Source: Candidatus Kapaibacterium sp.
GTDB taxonomy: Bacteria > Bacteroidota > Ignavibacteria > Palsa-1295
Length of the DNA stretch: 64,000 bases
Direction: 5' to 3'
Assembly: GCA_017882165.1 (NCBI GenBank)
Contig: JADGPZ010000003.1
Span: 878-64,877, forward strand
Of the stretch, positions 19,799 to 29,579 are shown piece by piece. How positions within the stretch are numbered: the first letter of the stretch is position 1; each line of letters starts with the position of its first letter. Below the pieces are notes generated by a model. The model worked only from the letters and a program-made list of their open reading frames with translations. It ran no database searches and had not been told where the DNA came from. The position numbers and the translations under genes were made by a program.

Positions 19799-20974
19799 TT
19801 ATGGGAGGTGATTTAACAAGCTTTCAAACTGGCTGTTCCACACACGCTCGCTGAATTCGCGTTCGATTTTGTCTCTGGCCGCAACGCCCATCCGCTCGCG
19901 AACTCCGGATTTCGTCGCAAGCGTGTACATCGCCTCAGCGATTTTGCGTGGATCGTCAGTAACAAAAAAGCCGGTAATATTATCCTCAATGAATGTTTCC
20001 GGCCCGCCGCATCGAGTCGAGATAACCGGTAGCCCACAAGCCATTGCCTCCATCGCTGCAATGCCGAGTCCTTCCTGTTCGCTTGTTAGAACCAGAGCCG
20101 TCGAAGATCCGTAGAGATCGATCAACTCCGCATCCGATATTCCCGAAAGGGTCTCAAATGTCACTCCGCCTTGCCTGGGATAGTCAGGCATTACACTTGA
20201 AACGACGGTCGCAACAAAGTCCAGACCCGGCGACACTCGGTGCAGTTCCGCACAGGCTGCAATGAAGAGATCAACGCGCTTTCGCGGATCGTTCGCACGG
20301 CCGACGAAGAGAAATCGCGGTCGCCCGTTGTGAGGTGCCGATGACCGAAAGAGATCTGTATCAATCGGGAATGGCCAGACTTCGATAGGATTCGCAGTCA
20401 AACGCCGAATATGGTTGCGCGCATCGTTGCTCACAGCAAGTATTTGACTTGCTTGAGAGAGCACGCGCGCCTCCGCTTTCAGGACTGGGAGCATCCCGAG
20501 TCGTTCGACAAGCGCCGTGATACTCCGAGAGCTTCGCAGACGCTCCCCTCGATCCGAAGTCACGGTCGAGGAAACCCAAGCCGCGTACTTCTTGCCAAGG
20601 GAGGCGAGGGGCAAACCAGTATGCGCGGAGCCTGTGACGAGAAAGAAGTTGTCGAACGCCGCAAGTTCTCGACTCCACAAGCGATTCGCACGAATACGGT
20701 TCGGCTCCCACTCGGGCAGGCGTGCACCAATAGCAATCGCTCGCATTCCTCGGAACTCGTAATGCTTTGATTTAGCCGAGATATTCAATTCACCACGCAA
20801 GATATTAACAACGGAAGAGCTAAGCTCAGGATGCTCCGCGAAACGAGCGTAGTGAACGATCGTTGGTTCGAGACCCGCTGCCTCAGCCCGCCGGTAGAGA
20901 TACTCGACCAACCGGAGGACGCCGCCAAAATTCGCTGGGTCCTGCGTGACGATCGCGAGTCTTCGCGTCATCAC
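19799..20974 (-). CDS. Glycosyltransferase family 4 (GT-B)
   Basis: EGLGIAAMEAMACGLPVISTRCGGPETFI, the E-x7-E-like GT4 C-terminal domain. Confidence 0.75.
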   Translation of the reverse strand: MMTRRLAIVTQDPANFGGVLRLVEYLYRRAEAAGLEPTIVHYARFAEHPELSSSVVNILRGELNISAKSKHYEFRGMRAIAIGARLPEWEPNRIRANRLWSRELAAFDNFFLVTGSAHTGLPLASLGKKYAAWVSSTVTSDRGERLRSSRSITALVERLGMLPVLKAEARVLSQASQILAVSNDARNHIRRLTANPIEVWPFPIDTDLFRSSAPHNGRPRFLFVGRANDPRKRVDLFIAACAELHRVSPGLDFVATVVSSVMPDYPRQGGVTFETLSGISDAELIDLYGSSTALVLTSEQEGLGIAAMEAMACGLPVISTRCGGPETFIEDNITGFFVTDDPRKIAEAMYTLATKSGVRERMGVAARDKIEREFSERVWNSQFESLLNHLP

Positions 20975-23665
20975 TTAGACCGTCGTTTCTCGCTCCGGCT
21001 CTGGCTGGGGTAGCCGCTTAGGCCGGAACGGAAGAAATTGTTCGAGGAAGCTCCGCTTCGGAGTGCCCGGTGTCGAGGAGTAATAATGGTAGTACTGATA
21101 GTATTTGTAGTATGAACCGTAAGCATTCGCCACGTTGAAATTATTCAGTACCACGCCAAGCATATTCGCACCGGATCGCTCGATCGAGTCCACCGCGCGG
21201 AGCAGTGCATCGATGCGGGTCACATCCGCGCGGGCAATGAGGATCGTCGCGTCTGCGGAATGGCTGAGCAAAAGGGCGTCAGTCACCGCCACAACCGGCG
21301 GCGTGTCCAGCAGGACCATGTCGAACTCTTCTCGCAAACGTTCGATTAGTTGGCCCATTCGATGCGATCCGAGGAGTTCTGCCGGATTCGGCGGAATAAT
21401 GCCGCATGGAAGAATGTAGAGATTTTCTACGTCCGTTGGCCGGATCGCCTCTTCGAATGTTGCCCGTTCAAAGAGAAGATTGGTGAGACCCGGCTCGCGC
21501 GGAAGTCCAAATACGGAATGCAAGACGGGGCGGCGAAGATCGGCATCGACGAGAAGCGTCTTCTTCCCCGATTGCGCCATCACAATCCCGATATTTGAGG
21601 ACGTTGTGGACTTGCCTTCCTGCGGGGCCGAACTCGTGATAGCGAGGACTTGTATCTCGCGATCGAGTCCACTGAAGAGAACCGTTGTTCGGAGCGAGCG
21701 ATAGGCCTCGGCAACGGAAGAATGCGGATCGAGATGAGAAGCGCGATGCGGCGTGAACTTCGGGCGTTCGGCGCTTGCCACGTCGGGTGAAATTGAAAGC
21801 GGCTGCGACGGATGATTGATCACCGGGATTGTGGCAAGCAGCGGCAGGTTCTCCGCCTCGATCTGGTCCGGCGTCCGGATGGTCGAGTCGAGGAATGAAA
21901 GCAAAATGACGATACCAATACCAATCGCAAGTCCGAGCAGTGCGCCGGTGACAACAGCCGATTGGCGATTTGGCCGAATCGGTGTGGCAACCAGCGCCGC
22001 AGGGTCCTCGGCCTTCACGTTGCCGAAGACAGATTCTTCGGTCATCCATGCTTCGAGATAGCGGTCCTCCAACTGCCCATACATTTTCTCGGCCACGCCT
22101 TGCGATCGCCTGAGCGCGGAAGTCTGCACGATCTTTTCCGGCATTCCCATGGCCTCATTATGCAATTCGGCGAGTTTCAGATCATATTCGGCAAGCACAG
22201 TGGAATCCTGCCCGATCCGCAGCTTCGCGCTGAGGATGTTTTGCCGAAGTGACGAAATGGTACCGAGCGAACTCGATTCCGTCGCATATCTCATGTCGCC
22301 ATTCTTCTGGTCCGTTGGATTCGCAACAATCACCTGAGAGTGGAGAAACTTCTGGCTCGACTGACGAAGCTTCGCTTCGAGCACGGCCTTCCGCTCCTTC
22401 TTCGAATCGATATCGTCTTTGAGAAACTTCTTGGTGCGCGGGTCCATGATGCTGTTGGACATCTCCATGCTCTGAATCTCGAACTGCGCCTCGGTCAACT
22501 CCTTCTGGAGCATGTTGATATACGGCTCGAGCGTCAGATTGTCGTAATAGTTTTTTTCGACCGTATCCAGATTCGTTGTGAGATCGGCGTAGACCCTCCG
22601 GTTCAGATTGAGATCGATCTCCACGCCCTGTCTCTTTTGCTTGAGGTCTTCATACTGATTTGTAATACTCTTGGCAATATCTTCAGCAGTCATGCCGCTG
22701 GTTGTCCCAAGATAATCGCGAAGCTTATTCTCGACCCGGCGCAACGAGTCGAAGCTGCGCTGCTTCTGGTCGAAGAGATATTGCTTGAGGGATTCGGAAT
22801 TTGCGCGCACGCGTGCTTGGTTGTCCTTGACGAACACGGCAACGTAGAGATTGGCAAGGAAGGCCGCATCGAGTGGCGTGTATGCCTCGGATGTGATAAC
22901 CAAGTAATCGTTCGTAGCCTCCGGCGCAATGTTAACGGCTGCCGATGCGCGTGCCTCGAGCGTTCCGGTCTCCGCAATGCCACGCAGGAGCGGCATCTTC
23001 GGATTATCGTTGATACGGATAACCGCAAGTTGCCGTGGGTCCGGTGGTACATTCTTCGCCGAGCCAAAGGCATCCACGAATAGCGAGTCGATCTCGGTAC
23101 GATCTCCGATCGCATAAGAATGCAGGAGCCGCCCAACATGCTGGCTTACGAGATGCGACTTGAAAAACTGCATCTCGTTACCGATGCTGTGGTCCTCCGG
23201 CGCTGGTCCGAGCATTTGTTGGACTTGCGTCGGACCCGGCGGATGGTCGATGAAGAGCCGTGCCGAGGCGCCATAGATATATGGCTTCGAGTAAGTCGAG
23301 TATACCGCGTAGGCAAACACGATGATGAACGTGGAGAGGATGATCCACCTCCCCCGGTACATCACCTTGATGAGCTCGGAGAGATTGAGCTTGCGCTCGA
23401 CCGGCTTCCGTCGGCGGGCCGTTCCACCCCCAGCGCCCATGCCGGATGAAGTTTGCGATCCGCTACGTCCGAAGTTCGGGTTTTCGCCTGGCGTCAGCTT
23501 GGCAAAACCCATCGCTGTGGGCTCGAAGCCGCTTTTTGACGCACCGCTTGCCGAAGGGCTTTCCGGAGCGGTGCGCGTTGCGAATCTGCCACGCGAAGTC
23601 CGACGGCGCGAGGCGCCATCGTTCGGCAGACCGTTCTTAGGTAGGTCAGATTTTGAAGCAGGCAT
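20975..23665 (-). CDS. Polysaccharide biosynthesis tyrosine autokinase (Wzc/EpsB-like BY-kinase) with a ~100-aa disordered N-terminal extension
   Basis: Wzz/GumC-like periplasmic domain, then Walker A ITSSAPQEGKSTTSSNIG, VDADLRRP and a C-terminal Tyr cluster YGSYYKYYQYYHYY. ATG at 23665. Confidence 0.8.
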   Translation of the reverse strand: MPASKSDLPKNGLPNDGASRRRTSRGRFATRTAPESPSASGASKSGFEPTAMGFAKLTPGENPNFGRSGSQTSSGMGAGGGTARRRKPVERKLNLSELIKVMYRGRWIILSTFIIVFAYAVYSTYSKPYIYGASARLFIDHPPGPTQVQQMLGPAPEDHSIGNEMQFFKSHLVSQHVGRLLHSYAIGDRTEIDSLFVDAFGSAKNVPPDPRQLAVIRINDNPKMPLLRGIAETGTLEARASAAVNIAPEATNDYLVITSEAYTPLDAAFLANLYVAVFVKDNQARVRANSESLKQYLFDQKQRSFDSLRRVENKLRDYLGTTSGMTAEDIAKSITNQYEDLKQKRQGVEIDLNLNRRVYADLTTNLDTVEKNYYDNLTLEPYINMLQKELTEAQFEIQSMEMSNSIMDPRTKKFLKDDIDSKKERKAVLEAKLRQSSQKFLHSQVIVANPTDQKNGDMRYATESSSLGTISSLRQNILSAKLRIGQDSTVLAEYDLKLAELHNEAMGMPEKIVQTSALRRSQGVAEKMYGQLEDRYLEAWMTEESVFGNVKAEDPAALVATPIRPNRQSAVVTGALLGLAIGIGIVILLSFLDSTIRTPDQIEAENLPLLATIPVINHPSQPLSISPDVASAERPKFTPHRASHLDPHSSVAEAYRSLRTTVLFSGLDREIQVLAITSSAPQEGKSTTSSNIGIVMAQSGKKTLLVDADLRRPVLHSVFGLPREPGLTNLLFERATFEEAIRPTDVENLYILPCGIIPPNPAELLGSHRMGQLIERLREEFDMVLLDTPPVVAVTDALLLSHSADATILIARADVTRIDALLRAVDSIERSGANMLGVVLNNFNVANAYGSYYKYYQYYHYYSSTPGTPKRSFLEQFLPFRPKRLPQPEPERETTV

Positions 23666-23781
23666 AACTTACGTTCGCTCTTCGAGTCGCTGTGTGGCAA
23701 GCCGCTCTCCGATCACGGCAAACTTGGACGGATCGCGGTAAAAGATGGACGAAATCAGATATGATATTAGTTCCGCCAGTA

Positions 23782-24615
23782 CTACATACCGAAGAACCTC
23801 TTTCGTTTCGCAGGCGAGGGCTTGCCGGTTCTGGAAAGCCGTTTCCGGATGGCCGTGAGATTGGCCTCGTCCAATTCAATCGCTGGAATTGGTCTGCCTT
23901 CGCAAACAGCAAGCGGGTTCTCGGTGACCATTCTGTCCGCAACGATGGGACGCGCAAAGTTTCTGGTCCGCTCTTCCATCTCCTTCAGAAGTTCATACGC
24001 CCCCGGCCAGCTTGTGAAGGGTCGCGTTTTGACATTGTGGGCATCGCTGGCCACGATCGAGACAAGCCCCGACTCGACAAGCGCCAGCGCACACGCCTCG
24101 AACGACTCGCCCAGTTCGCCAAGAAGGCACCCCGTCGTCACCTGCAAGTGCGCGCCCTGCCGCACAAACTCGAGCGCAAGCTCCGGATTTCGAAGCACAC
24201 CCATATTCCGCTCCGGATGCGCAATGATGGGAATGATTCCGGCCAGACGGTAGTCAAAGAGAAGTTGACTAAAGTACGGTGGCACCTGATCGAAGTCCAT
24301 TTCGAGCAAGATGTACTTCGACTGCTCTGACGCTGTAAACTCCTTCCGTGTTACGACCTCGCGCGTCTCGGAGGTAGCTCGCACTTCTCCACCGAGATAG
24401 AGGTCCATCGCGGGCCGCCGATCCAGAACAAGTTGGAATTTCTCCTTGTGGTGCGCGTGCCGCGGCAGCTCGTCCAACCGGCCACGGATATGGGGCGTCG
24501 TCAGGATCGCGGTCACACCGCACGCGCGCGCCTGCTCGATCATCGCGAGCGCAGCCTCCACGGACTCCGCGCCATCATCGACGCCTGGCACCAAATGGCA
24601 ATGGATATCAACCAC
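23782..24615 (-). CDS. CpsB/CapC-family PHP-domain protein-tyrosine phosphatase
   Basis: MVDIHCHLVPGVDDGA PHP motif (GTG start), 277 aa. Adjacent to the BY-kinase. Confidence 0.75.
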   Translation of the reverse strand: MVDIHCHLVPGVDDGAESVEAALAMIEQARACGVTAILTTPHIRGRLDELPRHAHHKEKFQLVLDRRPAMDLYLGGEVRATSETREVVTRKEFTASEQSKYILLEMDFDQVPPYFSQLLFDYRLAGIIPIIAHPERNMGVLRNPELALEFVRQGAHLQVTTGCLLGELGESFEACALALVESGLVSIVASDAHNVKTRPFTSWPGAYELLKEMEERTRNFARPIVADRMVTENPLAVCEGRPIPAIELDEANLTAIRKRLSRTGKPSPAKRKRFFGM

Positions 24616-25627
24616 TCTCTGCCTCCTTCAATTTGCTCGCCGATCCAATCGAAACACCTTCTCCAATGAGCACACCGAGTCCTGCAAGCGTGACGCTGAT
24701 GTAGCTCAACGCATGCGTGGCAATTGCATAAGCAAGCGCAACGGCTGCTGGAACGCCAAAGATCATCGCCAGCCCTGTCTTGATCAAAGCATGATACGAT
24801 CCGGTCGCGCCGGGTGTCGGAATCGTATACGCAATGCCCGAGAGCGTAAGCAGCAGACACGCATCCCCAAACGTCAGCGACATCGTAGCATCAAAGCCTT
24901 GCATCGATACCCACATCGAAACGCCATAGAGCAGCCAAATACCAGCGGTACCAATAACCAGCGGTAGAATCGCAGAGCGATCCAAACCGCGAAGCCCAAG
25001 CGAAAACTCAAGCGCGATCTTCTCCACTCGTTTCGCAAATCGCTCTGGCAATCGCTTGACAAAGATATTGACGAATTGCAGTGTCCTCCGCTCACTAAAA
25101 AACATGAGGATGAAGAGGATCAACACGGCGAGCATTGCTGCTAAGATCGCAACCCCAGTGCCAGAAAACATGGAGGAGACTTTCGTCAACTTCGAACCAT
25201 ACGCCCATAGCGAGTAGATCATCAGTGCCGCCAACGCCAGAACATCCGCAAGCCGCTCGACAACGACGCTCGCAAGAGCGCCGGCCATCGGAATCTGCTC
25301 GCCGCGTGACATCAGGTACGGACGCACCAACTCGCCTGAGCGCGGGATGAGATTGTTCATCCCGTAACCTGCGATGGTAGCCCGAAACGCTCGCCAGAAG
25401 CTCGTCTGCCGCTTGAGAGGCCTGAGCACGATCTGCCACCGAAACGCGCGCACGGCATGAGAAAGAAACATCAGCACGATGCCGCCAAGCAGCGGCAGAA
25501 TGTGCGCGTCCTCGATCGAACGAATGGCCTCCGACAAATCCTGCCCGCGAAAGGCGAGATACAGAAGCCCTATGGTAACAAGGGCAATGGCGAGGTACTG
25601 AAGGGCGCGACGGTTCAAGCTTGGCAA
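24608..25627 (-). CDS. UPF0104 / lysylphosphatidylglycerol-synthase-TM-like (flippase-like) membrane protein
   Basis: Multi-TM. HAVRAFRWQIVLRPL matches the family signature by my recollection. TTG start in the track. Confidence 0.5.
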   Translation of the reverse strand: MPSLNRRALQYLAIALVTIGLLYLAFRGQDLSEAIRSIEDAHILPLLGGIVLMFLSHAVRAFRWQIVLRPLKRQTSFWRAFRATIAGYGMNNLIPRSGELVRPYLMSRGEQIPMAGALASVVVERLADVLALAALMIYSLWAYGSKLTKVSSMFSGTGVAILAAMLAVLILFILMFFSERRTLQFVNIFVKRLPERFAKRVEKIALEFSLGLRGLDRSAILPLVIGTAGIWLLYGVSMWVSMQGFDATMSLTFGDACLLLTLSGIAYTIPTPGATGSYHALIKTGLAMIFGVPAAVALAYAIATHALSYISVTLAGLGVLIGEGVSIGSASKLKEAESG

Positions 25628-26172
25628 ATTGATTGGCCATTACAACGCACCAAAACGCCTTTCATTCCGCAGCCCGCGATATTCCCCCTCGTCGGCATTG
25701 CGAGAAGGCCGAAGGCCGGTCCCGAGGAAACGAGGGAAGCAATCCCGTCTCGTTAGCCTGAACTCCACGGACGACTACGACTGACCTGACTTAAGCCCTA
25801 CCTGCCACAAGGCAAATAGCTTTCATCTGCTTGTTTGTTCTTTCAAAGTTCATGAACCCGCTGTGGCGGGCCGCAAATGCGCTGATTTCGCGATCTTGCC
25901 TTTCACAGAGCAGTCAATTTCTCTCTTTTGAATTGTCATTTAATGAACGCCCTCTCCTTACCCATGAGCCGCGATGAATCAATTGTCAATGAGCAAATTG
26001 CCGGCACCTCTTGTCATCCTTCATCCATCAGCCTTCATCCTTTTCCCCAGAAATGGTGCCTATGACCATCACAACCAATATACGACACGAAAAACCCCGA
26101 TGCAAGCACTTTCGCAAAAATTCGTAAAATTGTTGCGACCGTGGATCATCACAGTGCCGGAGGCACGCAATG

Positions 26173-26355
26173 TTAGTAGCCGGTGACGCAAGTCACCGGG
26201 TGGCGAGCGGTATGAGATTCAGAGTCCCGAAAGGGACGGCATGTGTCGCTGGCAGAAGATTGCATGTCGTCACTCCGTGACTTTCCGGATCGCGCGGGCA
26301 TCGTTTCCGGTGACTCACGTCACCGGCTACCAACATTCCGTCCCGTTGGGACTCG
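26173..26355. repeat. Two tandem ~127-bp-spaced modules, each a perfect palindrome CCGGTGAC-N4-GTCACCGG (26180-26199; 26307-26326) followed by a GTCCC-N4-GGGAC hairpin (26224-26237; 26340-26352)
   Basis: Read directly; lies in a 0.9-kb non-coding stretch at the edge of the low-GC island. Confidence 0.5.
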
Positions 26356-26563
26356 GAGCCGCGACGCATCCCACCCATCCCAGTTCAGACATCCCCGCAC
26401 TCCACCCGCTCAGGCCGCGTGTGGTTTTGGTTGCACGCGAACCCACTTGGGCGCGGCAGCGACAAAGTGCCGGAGCCACGAAGTACCCGCAGCCAGGGGT
26501 GGAGCGAGCTGCACCTATTGTGCGGCGAAGCGGAACCCCGTGATGTTTGTTCAAAAAAAATCA

Positions 26564-27535
26564 TCAACGTTTTGGACGCAAAGATTCGCTCAGTTGTGTA
26601 ATTGTATCTAATAACTTAATGCAGGCTGGGCGAGCTATATCAAGCGCATTCGACTCATATTGCCAGGCTTTCGGCTGGAATCTTGGTCGACGAACCACAT
26701 AAGGTTTAACGAAAACTTTAATCCCGTCTGGATCATTTTCCATAAAAACATAAAAGGAAATCATTCTTTGAATTTCCTGCTCACCGAAAGGCTTACCGCA
26801 ATCAGGATCTCTGCAAAGATGTGAATCAGTCATATAGCCTAATGGCGGAAAAAACAGTAACGAACCCTCACCATAATCCCCCCAATCCATCCAAGCACCA
26901 GCAGCTATCCCGATTCTTTGCAAGAGGTCATTTACCGACTCTAAAAATCTCTTCTGCAATACAAAATAGATTGGCGTGAAAACGAATTCAGAATCCGGCC
27001 GTGGTTTTGCAACACCGAAATTCAAGGTTTTGGAGGACAAAGCGCCTTGCAAGAAATCAGGCGGTAGAAACTTTTGGTATTCAACATGCCCTCCTCCGCT
27101 CGACCGGCGTCCTCCGAACATAGACTCCCCAGAGGCACCAGTGTCGCTATTGAGATGCCTGTGTCCGATCCAATGACGAAGGCAATGATTTTCAAGAGTT
27201 CGAACAATTGTGTCATGTAAAATCACAAAACTAAAATCGACGGTATCGCAGCTGTTAGAATTACCACTAAACAGCACGGTGGTCGCCGAGTCGGACCACC
27301 AAGTGAGTTTATGGCATTCGTGATCGTCCTCACCGAGGATGGTCACCGAATCAAACAATTGGAAATAAATTGGATACAGTGGATTGAGTGGGTCGCGTAG
27401 GGATGCCAGAAGCAACTTTCCCGGCTTTGCAGGTCCGCAATCCGCTTCTTGAGCGTAGACGCTACTTGAACTCCGCAAAGAAACTTGAACGATAAGTGTA
27501 ATGATCAAAAAGTGGTAGCAAGATTTTCGAGTCAT
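26564..27535 (-). CDS. Secreted hypothetical protein
   Basis: Signal peptide (MTRKSCYHFLIITLIVQVSLRSSSSVYAQ); low-GC (~45%) island; start overlaps the upstream membrane-protein gene (ATGA). Confidence 0.4.
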   Translation of the reverse strand: MTRKSCYHFLIITLIVQVSLRSSSSVYAQEADCGPAKPGKLLLASLRDPLNPLYPIYFQLFDSVTILGEDDHECHKLTWWSDSATTVLFSGNSNSCDTVDFSFVILHDTIVRTLENHCLRHWIGHRHLNSDTGASGESMFGGRRSSGGGHVEYQKFLPPDFLQGALSSKTLNFGVAKPRPDSEFVFTPIYFVLQKRFLESVNDLLQRIGIAAGAWMDWGDYGEGSLLFFPPLGYMTDSHLCRDPDCGKPFGEQEIQRMISFYVFMENDPDGIKVFVKPYVVRRPRFQPKAWQYESNALDIARPACIKLLDTITQLSESLRPKR

Positions 27536-27942
27536 TGAACTTCTCCTCCTGGTTGTAGGTCATTCCCTTGAAGAAAATAAAATGCGAGCATCCCCGTGAT
27601 TAGGAATGAAGAACGTGAACGAATATCCTGGATCATGCCGACAGTCTCGGTCGCGTCACTCATTGTATAAATTAAGAATACGAAGCAACCGGCGTAGATT
27701 ATCGAGACAACAATAGCCACAGTGTCTAAGCCCACACTTACAACCTCTTTGCGCTTATGACGATACTTCTCGAACAAGAAGACGAGCATCGTCGTTAGAG
27801 GTGGAGCAAATGTGTCGAACACTTGGGTCTCCAGTCTCGAAAACTCACCGCCTAATCCGGTGGCATGCACTAACGCAAAGGACAGGCAGAGCGCAAAGCA
27901 ACCTAACCAAAACAGCACCAGAGTAATGTGAATTTTCCTCAT
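27532..27942 (-). CDS. Small integral membrane protein (4 predicted TM)
   Basis: Hydrophobic segments; co-oriented and overlapping with 26564..27535. Confidence 0.4.
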   Translation of the reverse strand: MRKIHITLVLFWLGCFALCLSFALVHATGLGGEFSRLETQVFDTFAPPLTTMLVFLFEKYRHKRKEVVSVGLDTVAIVVSIIYAGCFVFLIYTMSDATETVGMIQDIRSRSSFLITGMLAFYFLQGNDLQPGGEVQ

Positions 27943-28142
27943 TATGACGAGTGAGCAATGACAATTACTTTCATTAGACCTACAAACATACGCAATTCAG
28001 ATGATTTTGTCAAGCTCAATGTCATAACAACCTCCCTGCTCCCCGCTCGCATCCTCCACCTGCGCGCGTTTGAAGGTCGAGCGGCCCAGCGAAGACTCAG
28101 GATGAGAAAGTCTTAAGTGTCAGTCATCAATCGTTTGGATGT

Positions 28143-28799
28143 CTACTCGTCCATCACCTCATCCTCCGATACCTTCGGGTACAAGAGGTCGAAGAAGTTA
28201 CTCCAGAGTGGGCGCAACGATTCATAAGTCTCAAAACCACGTCTGTTTTGGGATTTAAATCGTCTCTCCCATTCTCCACTAGAGTGTATATTGATTAGAC
28301 GCCACATGGTATCGATGGTCATCATTCCAAAATCGATGAAGTCGCGCAGCAATACACTACCGATGGGGGATGTACCAGGGTAAGCGCCTACACGGAAGGC
28401 GCTCTTCCCCTCAAACTCTGTGTGGCGATACTTAGCCAGTGTTTTCGCGTCAGGATGCACAAACTCGGAATAAAAATCAACGACTCGGTTTCTTGACTCT
28501 GTTCTGAATCCATCCAAGAGGATTGATGCGGTCAGCAAGCCCTTAGCATGGTCTCCATCATAGACTGCAATGAGACGGTCATGCACCGCTTTTGGATGTA
28601 GCGTCTTATACCAGCGAGCCCGTTGGGTCTGATCATCTCCTCCTAAGTCTGCAAAAGAGTCAAAGAAATCAAAGTCAACGAGACTTAGCGCGAGCGCCTC
28701 CGCCACTTCTGCGAATACCCTGAAGACGCCCGCCGCTTGGGTATAGTACTTTCGTACTAAAAGTAGCCTTGCCGCACGCAGCTGGTTAAGTAGTTCCAT
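28143..28799 (-). CDS. Hypothetical protein (218 aa), no recognisable family
   Basis: Clean ORF in the low-GC island, downstream of an acidic 97-aa ORF. Confidence 0.4.
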   Translation of the reverse strand: MELLNQLRAARLLLVRKYYTQAAGVFRVFAEVAEALALSLVDFDFFDSFADLGGDDQTQRARWYKTLHPKAVHDRLIAVYDGDHAKGLLTASILLDGFRTESRNRVVDFYSEFVHPDAKTLAKYRHTEFEGKSAFRVGAYPGTSPIGSVLLRDFIDFGMMTIDTMWRLINIHSSGEWERRFKSQNRRGFETYESLRPLWSNFFDLLYPKVSEDEVMDE

Positions 28800-28850
28800 A
28801 AAGTGCAGAGTGAAGACAAGGAAGGCGGGCGACCTTACCGGGCGATGCGA

Positions 28851-29144
28851 TCAAATGAAGTCCTTCTCCTCTCCCATTGAGACTTGCGCGGCGTAGCGGG
28901 ACACTTCCTCAGCTTGAAGTTGAAAACAGAACAAAGTGAAGTCAAGCAGACTTAAGGTGGGTTCTATATCTGCTAAATCCTCATCGCTCGGACAATCGAT
29001 TTTCAGGAAATCTCTGTACCCGACGAAATATGCCAACACCTCTTCGCTGGAGTATTCGAACTTCAGGCACCACTTGGTTGCGCACTCCTCACTCCAAACA
29101 AGCGATAGCCGTTCTCTGAAGAGCTCTTTAGTATGTTCATTCAT
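28851..29144 (-). CDS. Hypothetical small acidic protein (97 aa)
   Basis: ORF in the island, upstream partner of the 218-aa ORF. Overlaps the methyltransferase-remnant ORF end. Confidence 0.35.
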   Translation of the reverse strand: MNEHTKELFRERLSLVWSEECATKWCLKFEYSSEEVLAYFVGYRDFLKIDCPSDEDLADIEPTLSLLDFTLFCFQLQAEEVSRYAAQVSMGEEKDFI

Positions 29145-29382
29145 AGGGGTTGTCAGTCGGAGCCTTTGCCTGGTCGACGTTCACTTTGCGAGTCCTGCCG
29201 AACTCTGAGTAATCGCGCTTCGAATTAAACGGCGGATCGAGATAAATCAGATCGACCGTCTCATCCTTGATGTGCTCTCGCGGAGGATGTGGAGGTTGTC
29301 GCCGAAATAGAGTTTGTTCATTCCTCACATTGAACGCAGTTTCCCGTATGTCATTCCCGCGAACGCGGGAATCCAGGCCCAC
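29137..29382 (-). pseudogene. Remnant of an N4/N6 DNA methyltransferase (N-terminal DPPF motif region only)
   Basis: ORF residues ...REHIKDETVDLIYLDPPFNSKRDYSEF match the N-terminal motif of N6_N4 methylases. The sequence breaks off after ~30 aa. Its upstream part is built from the hairpin repeat at 29351-29375. Confidence 0.5.
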
Positions 29383-29435
29383 CCGAACGTGGTCCTATCC
29401 CGAGAACATGGATCCCCGCGTTCGCGGGGATGACA
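29351..29435. repeat. Inverted-repeat (MITE/REP-like) element: gtcattcccgcgaacgcgggaatcc (29351-29375) and its near reverse complement ggatccccgcgttcgcggggatgaca (29410-29435)
   Basis: The two arms are ~90% reverse-complementary and each is itself a hairpin. One arm recurs at 11955-11980. Confidence 0.55.
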
Positions 29436-29579
29436 TACGGGCGGGATGGTGCCTGTCATCAGGCGTGCAATTTACGAAGAAATTGGCCCGAGGCACGCCG
29501 TCCGTTCAGAAAACTGAAACTCTCTCTGGCGCACACTGTTTACGGTGCGCACGATTAACCCAATTTTTTTCAGAGACTC

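Noticed and set aside
22340-23083. 247-aa plus-strand ORF
   Set aside because: Antisense within the BY-kinase gene.
25095-25640. 181-aa minus-strand ORF
   Set aside because: Alternative frame overlapping the UPF0104 membrane-protein gene. That gene's own frame yields clear TM helices; this one is Arg/Ser-rich.
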